A stretch of 64,000 nucleotides of DNA from a virus, in IMG/VR virus record IMGVR_UViG_3300042291_002084, positions 6,168-70,167 of that record; one strand, given 5' to 3'. Shown here one piece after another: positions 55,973 through 64,000 of this stretch (positions are counted from its first letter, which is position 1; each line of letters starts with the position of its first letter). Position numbers and translations under genes: made by a program. The notes under the pieces were generated by a model. The model did not search any database and was not told the DNA's origin. It saw only the letters and a program-made list of their open reading frames with translations.

Positions 55973-56260
55973 TTATACATTTAAATCTCGAGTAGTCGGC
56001 AGCTTTTTGCTTGTCTTCTTTACTTTATGTTTTTTAGTTAGTTCCATTTTTTCAAGACTTGACTCTTTAAATCTTTCATTTTTAAATCCAATCATAACTA
56101 GATAAGAGGATCCTTCGATTGCAGTTATCTTGCCAATTCGATCTTTGACTTTTACTGATTCGCCAATTTTAAATTTTTGAGTATTCTTGATAAATGGATC
56201 GAGCGACTCTTTTAGGGAGCCGCTCATAAAATCCTGATATGATAAAATTAAAGATTTCAT
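55973..56260 (-). CDS. Tagged SH3/KOW-like small protein
   Basis: ILSYQDF…LKES; FKIGESVKV…GKI. Confidence 0.7.
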   Translation of the reverse strand: MKSLILSYQDFMSGSLKESLDPFIKNTQKFKIGESVKVKDRIGKITAIEGSSYLVMIGFKNERFKESSLEKMELTKKHKVKKTSKKLPTTRDLNV

Positions 56261-57861
56261 TTAATATCTTTTTTAAATAGGTCTAAACCTACATAATCTT
56301 GTTTAAGGACAGTAAGAGTAGATTCAATAGATTCTCTAATGCCTGTTAATTTTTTAACAGCATCTGAATCAAGGTCTGGACTAGAAATAGCAGCTTGCAA
56401 TTTTTCCATTGTTTGTTCTAATTTAGTAATATCTACTGAAATTGAAGATTTCTTTTCTTCTATTTTCTTATATGCGTCTTTCTTCTCATCAATTTTAGTT
56501 TTGAAGATAGGGCTAATATCATAATTGAATTTAGTCATACAAAACTCATATAATGCATGTTCATCAACTTTTTTCCAATTACGTTCTACTGTGTTTATCT
56601 TGTCGCAAATATAAAACTCTTCATTCAATTTTAAAATAGTTGCTTCAGCAAGAGTTCGGTCATTTGATAATTCTTTAATAAAATCAAGATTAAACAAGTT
56701 TTTAGAATTTTCAAATAGAGTAATTACTCTTTCTTTAATTGAAGTATTTTCCAATACTAATGCTTCCATTAAATTAATATCTTCAATATTTAAAACTTTT
56801 GATTCATTTAAATAAAGATCTAATTCACGATTTTCATTTGTTTTAAAACCAATATTGAAATTTCTAATTGAATTTGATTCAACACCAGTTCCATCAATAT
56901 TTTTCTTAAATCCTAGTGTTGCAAAAGATTCAGATACTTTATAGAATTTAGGAAACTTTTCTTTTACGTAAGCTGGATCAATTTCAGCGATTTTAAATGT
57001 TCCATCAATATAAACACTTGTCTCTTTTCCAGTAAGCCCCTTAGATTCGCGTATAGATACAAATCTATCATCCATATAAACAATTAAACCGTCTTTTGCT
57101 TTAGTTGCTGGAGTAATTAAATTAGTAACTTGCGTAAATGAATCGCCTTCACCTAATGTAAAATATCCAGTAGTTTGTGATTCTACAATACGTAGATCTG
57201 AAATTAGCTGGTTTATTACAGGGACAGTATTTCCATATTTAAGTTTAAGAATATCTGAAGTATAAGATTCGTTAATTAACATCTTTTTAAGATCTTCACT
57301 AACTTCATTATAATTTTGACTAGGCATTGAATCTAGTGAATACACTGCATTCAATAGAAGGATAACTGAACGATTTTCATTTAAGTAACGTTCAGTGTTT
57401 TTTACTTGTGTTGCAATTACTGTATCATAATTATGAGAAGCAAATGCATTAATAAAACTTTCACATAATACAAAGTCTAAAATCCCTTCATTTAAGTAGT
57501 TTTCAAAAACTTCAACTTGAGAAGAAATTACAGGATTACTCCAAGATTTAGATTCTTTAATTGCATTTAATTTTTCTAATAAATTTGCTTTTTTAGCAAT
57601 TGAATAAGTTAAAACAGTATCAGTATTTTCAATTTTTTCAAATTGAGATACAATTGATTCTAATACTGGACTAGCAACATTTGATTTAATTGCAGCAATT
57701 CCATTTTTTAGATTAGAATAGATGCTATCTTGCGATTCGCCTAATACGATTGACTTATCAATTGACTCAGTTAACAGTTTAACCAATGGCTGTGAATTAA
57801 TTGCAGTATTGCTTTTAAGTTCATTTAATATTTTATCTACGAAGCCTTTCATTTCGTGCAT
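56257..57861 (-). CDS. Putative head core/structural protein
   Basis: Late box; many (L/I)xES sites; C-terminal coiled coil. Confidence 0.7.
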   Translation of the reverse strand: MHEMKGFVDKILNELKSNTAINSQPLVKLLTESIDKSIVLGESQDSIYSNLKNGIAAIKSNVASPVLESIVSQFEKIENTDTVLTYSIAKKANLLEKLNAIKESKSWSNPVISSQVEVFENYLNEGILDFVLCESFINAFASHNYDTVIATQVKNTERYLNENRSVILLLNAVYSLDSMPSQNYNEVSEDLKKMLINESYTSDILKLKYGNTVPVINQLISDLRIVESQTTGYFTLGEGDSFTQVTNLITPATKAKDGLIVYMDDRFVSIRESKGLTGKETSVYIDGTFKIAEIDPAYVKEKFPKFYKVSESFATLGFKKNIDGTGVESNSIRNFNIGFKTNENRELDLYLNESKVLNIEDINLMEALVLENTSIKERVITLFENSKNLFNLDFIKELSNDRTLAEATILKLNEEFYICDKINTVERNWKKVDEHALYEFCMTKFNYDISPIFKTKIDEKKDAYKKIEEKKSSISVDITKLEQTMEKLQAAISSPDLDSDAVKKLTGIRESIESTLTVLKQDYVGLDLFKKDIK

Positions 57862-57917
57862 AGTTATTTTTTTTTTATTTATCTCAATAAATGAGTAATT
57901 ATTTATTTTTGACTTTA

Positions 57918-59933
57918 TTACTCGTATGTACTACGTGTATTTCGAAGATCGGTTCTGATCGATATTGCATCAGCTACTCCAAATCTATTTACTAATGGAG
58001 CAACTCCAATATCTTTAATACGAGTATCTGCTTCAGAAAATTTACTAGTTACATCCCAACGCTCAATAGTATTTAATTTAGTTCGAATGTCTTCAAAGAT
58101 TAATGCTGTGCTTTTTTGAGAAGTTGCTCGAGCTTTAGCTTCAACTATTGCTAAATCAACATCTGCTTGTTCACTCGGCTTTCTCCATTCTCCAGTATAC
58201 ATTAAAGTCTCTCGACCATCTTGAGCAACTGACGTTAGATAAACTGTCCGATTTGCTGAAGTAACAACGGATTCACTATCTTTTTTAGAGATATTAAATG
58301 TAATCCTGCCAGTTGATAAATTTTCAAGATTTGAATCATTTACGTTATCTACTGATATTTTACCAGAGTCAGTTTCAAAAACCAAACGGTATTTTGCAGA
58401 ATTTACATTTAGATCTAATGGAACTAGTGGATTAGATCCATTTGATAATGAAGAGTCAGTAAATACTTTTATTTTTAGAATATTGTCAAATGGCGATAAT
58501 ACAAATCTCCATTTACCTGGACTAAAAATTACCTCTTCTGTAGAATCATGAACAGTCACGCCAGATTCAATTTTAGATATTGAAATATTATTATTTGTAA
58601 AAAATATTGGTATATATTCAGTACGGACAACTTCTGTAACAATAGGAGCAGATAGTATATCCTGTTGAGTAATAACTCGTGGCCGACCTACTGCTGGTGG
58701 TTCAATGAATAATTTAGTAGCCTCAAAATTATTTTTTACAATCTTATTATAAATTTTTTGAGATTGTGGTTTATCTAATAGTGGAATATTCGTTAATTCC
58801 TTTCCATATTTTTTTGGAGAAATTAAACTAAATGAACCTTCTCGAATAATTTGTTCACCATTTCGCCTATTTGTTAATCTTGCAATATAATCAATTGACA
58901 TACTAATTGCTTCATTCGCGTTTTTTAATACTGGTCGAAATACATTAGGCTCGTCATATGAATCTTCTTGAAAAAATATAAGTCTCGAAGTATTAATAAA
59001 GGCAGAGCCTACTTGTTCAAATACACTTAACTGATGAACTATAATCCAGTCATCTGCTGGGTTTCTACGATTTAACATAGACAATAATTCTCCAGGAAAT
59101 CCAGAATTAAAAGTTAAGTAAAATTCTAAGTAATCGCCAACGATTGATTCATTAATTTGGGCGCCTACATTATCAAATTCATTACTTTGTGAAAGTGTTG
59201 CAGCATATGAATTAGATGCTTCATATGAGTCATAACTAGTTAAAGTATTCGTATATATTGTATTCTTCTTACCACATTCTAATAGAGTAATAGTAATAGG
59301 ATTATTATAAATAAAACCTACTGGTGATGATGGAAGATCTGGGGTTATTGCAGCAGCAAAGGTTAATGTTGGATTTGGAGCAGTAACAAAATCTTCATTT
59401 ATATTTTTTATAGATGGTACTAGGATATCAATATACCTGTCATATAGTGAATTAGAAAGAAATAATGGTTTAGGGTTAAATGTTATAAGTTGAGAAATTG
59501 TTTCTGGTGCAAGTAAAATATTTGCAAAAGTATTAACAACTCCATTATTTTCTTTATTTGTAATTGAAAGAATAACAGCTTTAAATGTATCAAAGTCAAA
59601 TCCTGAAACAAAGTGAAATCGTACTTTGTCCATTACCACATTATATCCAGATAGTGTACTACTTACTAAGTTAGTATTATATTGTAAATAATCCGGAATT
59701 TTTTCACTATCTAGGTATGCATATTGATTATTTTCTAATGCAACTACTGATATATCTTGAATATTTTTAGTAGTTAAATACGAACTATCTTTGTTAAAGA
59801 TTTGGTGTCCGCCAATAACATTATTTTCTAAAAATATAAAATCATCTGTATAGAAATTAAGTGAACCGAGCGGTTCAAATTGATATTCAACTACACAGTA
59901 TTGAGTTAAGCTAATAAATCTACTTTGAGCCAT
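57918..59933 (-). CDS. 671-aa beta-rich structural protein
   Basis: Long ORF in structural operon. Confidence 0.8.
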   Translation of the reverse strand: MAQSRFISLTQYCVVEYQFEPLGSLNFYTDDFIFLENNVIGGHQIFNKDSSYLTTKNIQDISVVALENNQYAYLDSEKIPDYLQYNTNLVSSTLSGYNVVMDKVRFHFVSGFDFDTFKAVILSITNKENNGVVNTFANILLAPETISQLITFNPKPLFLSNSLYDRYIDILVPSIKNINEDFVTAPNPTLTFAAAITPDLPSSPVGFIYNNPITITLLECGKKNTIYTNTLTSYDSYEASNSYAATLSQSNEFDNVGAQINESIVGDYLEFYLTFNSGFPGELLSMLNRRNPADDWIIVHQLSVFEQVGSAFINTSRLIFFQEDSYDEPNVFRPVLKNANEAISMSIDYIARLTNRRNGEQIIREGSFSLISPKKYGKELTNIPLLDKPQSQKIYNKIVKNNFEATKLFIEPPAVGRPRVITQQDILSAPIVTEVVRTEYIPIFFTNNNISISKIESGVTVHDSTEEVIFSPGKWRFVLSPFDNILKIKVFTDSSLSNGSNPLVPLDLNVNSAKYRLVFETDSGKISVDNVNDSNLENLSTGRITFNISKKDSESVVTSANRTVYLTSVAQDGRETLMYTGEWRKPSEQADVDLAIVEAKARATSQKSTALIFEDIRTKLNTIERWDVTSKFSEADTRIKDIGVAPLVNRFGVADAISIRTDLRNTRSTYE

Positions 59934-59939
59934 AGTTAG

Positions 59940-60725
59940 TTATTTCTTTTTAAAGGATTTTAATTTATAAGTATATCCAAAACTTATTTGCTGAAGGGTG
60001 TTTGCACCTAATATAATATTATGGACGTCATATAAATTAACTCCAAAATTTAAACCAATTGCATCACCTGTATTATTTAATGTTTTAATATAACTTCCTC
60101 CAACTAACCACTGTACTTTATTTTGAATAATCGTTGGGTAATCTTTAGGCGGAATACTTGAAATTGTCAATGAGTCAACTTTTAACCAGGTTGGGCCAAT
60201 GAGTCTACTTTTCCAAGTTCCTCGAGATTCCTCAGTAAGAACAATTTTAATTGGTAGTTTACTAAATGAAAATTCACCTCGATATGCGGCAGTATTTTTA
60301 TTTACCCACCCATCCCAAAATACAAATGGGTCTTTTTCAGTAGGGTATTTTAAGGAAAGATTTAATTGATTTGTATCTAATGGATCACGTTTAGCAAAAC
60401 CTGAAACAACTTTCTTATCTAATGTAATAATTGCATTAGTAATACTAAGTAATCTTTCATCTTGGCCTCTAACTTTTTTATATAATTCTAAATTAGTTGA
60501 CCTTAACTCACTGATTAGATCCTCCTGTGATTTATAATAATCAACAATTTTAGCATATTGTCCATTTGCCTCCTTAGTTAATTTATCAGATGCAATAATT
60601 GATTTCTTAACATCATCAGACAAATTAAGAAGATCCTGTTGAGTAAGACTTATTTTCCAAGACATAAAGATAATCACAAATATTAAAACAATAAATGCAA
60701 TTCTATTAAAATTATCCTTATTCAT
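59940..60725 (-). CDS. Membrane-anchored coiled-coil protein with C-terminal beta strands (spanin-like?)
   Basis: N-terminal TM, coiled coil, amphipathic C-terminal strands. Confidence 0.6.
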   Translation of the reverse strand: MNKDNFNRIAFIVLIFVIIFMSWKISLTQQDLLNLSDDVKKSIIASDKLTKEANGQYAKIVDYYKSQEDLISELRSTNLELYKKVRGQDERLLSITNAIITLDKKVVSGFAKRDPLDTNQLNLSLKYPTEKDPFVFWDGWVNKNTAAYRGEFSFSKLPIKIVLTEESRGTWKSRLIGPTWLKVDSLTISSIPPKDYPTIIQNKVQWLVGGSYIKTLNNTGDAIGLNFGVNLYDVHNIILGANTLQQISFGYTYKLKSFKKK

Positions 60726-60957
60726 ATTTTTTAATTATTTCTAGAATATCATCAGGCGTTAATTGTTTGCCTGTGAGCTCCTCTAATTTATTTATTATCT
60801 CTTTTTCCTGTTCTCGAGTACTAGCAAGTACGTCGCTTACCATTTGTCTCTCTTCTTCTAATTTCTTAGCCTCTCTTTCAATTCTTTTAAATTGAGAGTG
60901 AATTGCTGAGTAAGTTGAGTATAGGCTAAATAGCTGGCCATGTAGTGTATTTTCCAT
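60718..60957 (-). CDS. Small coiled-coil protein
   Basis: ORF in operon. Confidence 0.7.
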   Translation of the reverse strand: MENTLHGQLFSLYSTYSAIHSQFKRIEREAKKLEEERQMVSDVLASTREQEKEIINKLEELTGKQLTPDDILEIIKKYE

Positions 60958-60958
60958 A

Positions 60959-62521
60959 TTAATTATCTTTAATTGTCACATCAAGTCCGCTAAGAAGAAT
61001 TCTTTCAAGTCTAGATATTGAATTAACTAATTGTGAAATATCAATACTTGAAGTATTATTAATAACTTGTGCCTCCGAGGTAGGCATAGAGGATTGAGGT
61101 GAGTTTTGTGAATTATTTGTAGATGATTCATTTGTTTGAATCAGTGTGTTATCTGAATTATTTGAAGTAGATGGAGATTCTGAAAAATTAGAGGTGGAAG
61201 TATTGTTTGCTGATTGTGATGAGCTATTTTGATTAATGTCAACCGATTCAGCAGGTTTTAATACTTCAATATTTTGTCGATCGACTGTCACCATATTAAG
61301 TTCATTTGAATCAACTGAAGAATTTGATCGATCTATATTTTCAGAATTATTAGAAGACTGACTTGATTCAGTATTTGATTCTACTTGTTCTAAATTATTT
61401 ACGGATGATTGGGAAGACATCTCAGTTTCTCTAGATGCAGAAGATGTCTCATTTAAATTAACTGTATTTAATGTAGATTGTCTACTTATACTATATGGAT
61501 TTTCTTCATTTGAAGATTCTGAAGTATTATTAACGTCGCCGAGTTTGGTAGTACTCTCAGTAACCGATTGCATATTTAATTCAGATTGAGAAGCTGAAAG
61601 ATTTTGAGTATCATCAGATGAATTTTCTATACTTTGGTTAATTTGATTATTTAAAGTATCCAACTGTGATTGGCTACTAGTAGAAGATTCAGTATTCTCA
61701 GCAGAGTCGTTATTTATAGAAGACTCAGTATTCTCAGTAGATTCGTTATTTATAGAAGACTCAGTATTCTCAGTAGATTCATTATTTATAGGTGATTCAG
61801 TAGTTTCATCTATTAAATTATTAATAGTCGATTCATTAGTCTCAACGGATGAATTATCAATGTCACTATTTAATGTAGTTAAGGACGTTTGGTTAGAGCC
61901 AATTTCTGATTCTGATTTAACTTCAGGTAGGTCTGCCTCTAAATTAATGTTAATAGGTGAAGATTGATCTTCCTCAAAACTACTTAATTCTTCAACTAAT
62001 TCTTCTTTATTGGATAAAACGCTTTCAATATTCTCTTTAATTGCAAGTGAGTCAACCGACTCTTCAGATTGGTCATTGATTGCATTAGCGATTGGTGAAA
62101 TAATTGAAGTCTCACTAGATTCAATTGGATTTATTGTGTTAGCGGAAGATTTATTTTTAGATTCAGCTGGTTCATAAGATAACCACTTAGCTTCAACTTG
62201 CTCATTTTTTAAATTTTTCCATGCAACTATTCCTAAACTAGAATCAAAAATATTTACGCCTGATTCCTGTAAGGAAGACTGTAGTTTTAATAATACTTCA
62301 GATTTATTATTTCCAATTATTGTATTATCTGAATCATATACAATTGTGTCTTTATCTGGTGGCTGTTGTCCAGGAGTATTATCATACCCTGACTTTTTCC
62401 ATTTTTTCCAGTTTAACCCAACTTGTTCTTTTTTTGAATCAATCGGATCCTCTAAATTAGAATTAATCTGATTTACAGAGGAATATTTTTCTCCTTTATT
62501 TGGATTGATATTGTCGGTCAC
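60959..62521 (-). CDS. Low-complexity S/N/E/T-rich protein
   Basis: GTG start; contains 12-aa tandem repeats. Confidence 0.75.
   Translation of the reverse strand: MTDNINPNKGEKYSSVNQINSNLEDPIDSKKEQVGLNWKKWKKSGYDNTPGQQPPDKDTIVYDSDNTIIGNNKSEVLLKLQSSLQESGVNIFDSSLGIVAWKNLKNEQVEAKWLSYEPAESKNKSSANTINPIESSETSIISPIANAINDQSEESVDSLAIKENIESVLSNKEELVEELSSFEEDQSSPININLEADLPEVKSESEIGSNQTSLTTLNSDIDNSSVETNESTINNLIDETTESPINNESTENTESSINNESTENTESSINNDSAENTESSTSSQSQLDTLNNQINQSIENSSDDTQNLSASQSELNMQSVTESTTKLGDVNNTSESSNEENPYSISRQSTLNTVNLNETSSASRETEMSSQSSVNNLEQVESNTESSQSSNNSENIDRSNSSVDSNELNMVTVDRQNIEVLKPAESVDINQNSSSQSANNTSTSNFSESPSTSNNSDNTLIQTNESSTNNSQNSPQSSMPTSEAQVINNTSSIDISQLVNSISRLERILLSGLDVTIKDN
61681..61800. 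repeat. 36-bp tandem repeat x3 (encodes SINNESTENTES)
   Basis: tagaagactcagtattctcagtagattcgttattta units at 61681, 61717, 61753. Confidence 0.9.
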
Positions 62522-62541
62522 CTCTAATTCTTTTTTATTAT

Positions 62542-62754
62542 TTATTTAATTTTTAGAGCATCTGGTAAATTAACCTTCATAGGTTGAGTTTGTGTAATAT
62601 CTGTAAATATATCATTTTGACTATTTGCCTCTTCTATCTCTTCATTAATAATATTTATAAGTAGTGAGTATTCAGAATAATCTAAATTATATAAAGTGTC
62701 AAATGATTGGTTAAGCTTCACTGCCAAGTCTTTATTGAGCTTAAATAAGTTCAT
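62542..62754 (-). CDS. T4 gp51-like baseplate hub assembly protein
   Basis: NLFKLN..L…..SFDTLYNLDYSEY.LLI pattern, downstream of gp26-like gene. Confidence 0.6.
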   Translation of the reverse strand: MNLFKLNKDLAVKLNQSFDTLYNLDYSEYSLLINIINEEIEEANSQNDIFTDITQTQPMKVNLPDALKIK

Positions 62755-63733
62755 CAAGTCCAGCTGAAATAATGAAAATATCTTTGATAGTGAAGCTTCC
62801 TTGCGAAAAAACGTGGCTCTCAGTAACGTCTTTACATATTTCACAAACACTAGCAACTTTATTTAAGCTAGCTGCTTTTAATTGTTCAGTAAATTTATGG
62901 ATAAAAATAAACTTATTTTCTGGCCAAGTAAGTGATTCAAATTTTAAATCAACTATATCTTGTGGACTTGCCATTCTCCAATCATTAACTAGATATGGAC
63001 CAAATTTATAGAATGCTTCGTCTATTTCTACGCCACGTTTAATATCATCCTTTTGCTTATTTCTAAATCTGCCCTCTGTACCAATGGTAGGTAAGTAAAT
63101 ATAAAAAGTCTCATTTAATTTTTCTGAGATAATTTTAAAACATCTTTCTTCTGGTGAATACCATTTCATTAAGTCAGTAGGATATTCAAATCCATGAAGA
63201 TTCATACTCAATACTTGTGTATTATTAATATGGCCATCATTTTTACATTTAATATTAGCAAAAAGTTTATTTTCCTGATTAGGAAAGGTCAATTCGTATA
63301 ATCTAAATAGGATATGGTAACGATCTATTTCTAAATAATCATTAAAATTTAAAGGTCTTCCTCCAGGTACTCGAAGTTTTGTACAAGCATTTAAAATAAA
63401 GTTGATCTTTTCTCTAACATCAATTGGATCATTTTCATCGATTGTTGACCAGTGACGAATTTCTTTAGTTTTAGCTGGGCGTAATAATAATTCAGCACCT
63501 TCTGGATAAAATAAACCCTTTGATGGAATATGACTAAGATCTAATAATTTCCAAGAAGATTCAGAAGCTGCTGATAACTCTGGATTTTCTGAATACCCTC
63601 GAGATTGACCGAGTGACGGTTTTACGTAAGGTTCAGGAATATCTTCTTTAACTGAAATAGTATTTACTCCATGAAGTCTATCTTGCTCTTCTAGGAAGCG
63701 AGCTGCTTCTTCTTCATCAATGTAAGCTGACAT
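62741..63733 (-). CDS. T4 gp26-like baseplate hub subunit / tail assembly chaperone
   Basis: IPSKGLFYP…LRPAKTKEI…DRYHIL..L.ELT, Cys motifs C….H and CEIC. Confidence 0.7.
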   Translation of the reverse strand: MSAYIDEEEAARFLEEQDRLHGVNTISVKEDIPEPYVKPSLGQSRGYSENPELSAASESSWKLLDLSHIPSKGLFYPEGAELLLRPAKTKEIRHWSTIDENDPIDVREKINFILNACTKLRVPGGRPLNFNDYLEIDRYHILFRLYELTFPNQENKLFANIKCKNDGHINNTQVLSMNLHGFEYPTDLMKWYSPEERCFKIISEKLNETFYIYLPTIGTEGRFRNKQKDDIKRGVEIDEAFYKFGPYLVNDWRMASPQDIVDLKFESLTWPENKFIFIHKFTEQLKAASLNKVASVCEICKDVTESHVFSQGSFTIKDIFIISAGLDELI

Positions 63734-63807
63734 ATAAAAACGTTTTTTATTTTATATACTAAAGCTCACAATTGGTTCTATCATTAGTGAGGTTACCTCT
63801 AATTAAA

Positions 63808-63999
63808 TTAAGCTGGAACCATGGGTATTTTATAATCAACACCATTGATTTTAACTTTCCAAGTTCGAGTAGGCGTAATTGTTTCGGTTGTAATTAAACC
63901 GGCAGTAACCCCAGATGAACCTACAACAAACTGATTACTTCCAGTTGCGATTGCGCCGGAACCTAATATAATACAGCCATCAAATGTTTTTGCCCATGC
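63808..63999 (-). CDS. C-terminus of fibre/adhesin-like protein (…IILGSGAIATGSNQFVVG…WKVKINGVDYKIPM)
   Basis: Translated by hand; YadA-head-like repeat; runs off the window. Confidence 0.65.
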   Translation of the reverse strand, partial: AWAKTFDGCIILGSGAIATGSNQFVVGSSGVTAGLITTETITPTRTWKVKINGVDYKIPMVPA

Positions 64000-64000
64000 A

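Noticed and set aside
36256-63011. Numerous short opposite-strand ORFs in the track (e.g. 36256, 39290, 44152, 52355, 54980, 62772)
   Set aside because: Fully nested antisense to well-supported genes

Overview
AT-rich segment of a large (jumbo-type) T4-like dsDNA phage genome, most likely infecting Bacteroidetes (inferred from a DUF4494-like gene and AT-rich, SD-less leaders). It uses the standard genetic code. Layout: (1) 1-3.0 kb: small minus-strand genes, each behind a repeated promoter/palindrome cassette. (2) 3.0-3.6 kb: a GC-rich, motif-dense non-coding divergence region. (3) 3.6-31 kb: late genes, many behind (G/T)ATAAATAA boxes and carrying a T4-internal-protein-like N-terminal tag, plus an LRR protein, a 1905-aa repeat fibre, two paralogous coiled-coil proteins, a J-domain protein and a sigma-70 factor. 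(4) 33-35.6 kb: a tRNA cluster with aberrant tRNA-like RNAs, several structured ncRNA candidates and a possible leader-peptide attenuator. (5) 35.6-47 kb: metabolic genes, including a thymidylate synthase split into two ORFs by a MobE-like HNH endonuclease with no room for an intron, and an ATP-dependent DNA ligase. (6) 47-64 kb: tagged virion/cargo genes, a glycosyltransferase plus FkbM methyltransferase pair, and gp26/gp51-like baseplate hub genes. All family assignments come from motif recognition by eye; no searches were run.
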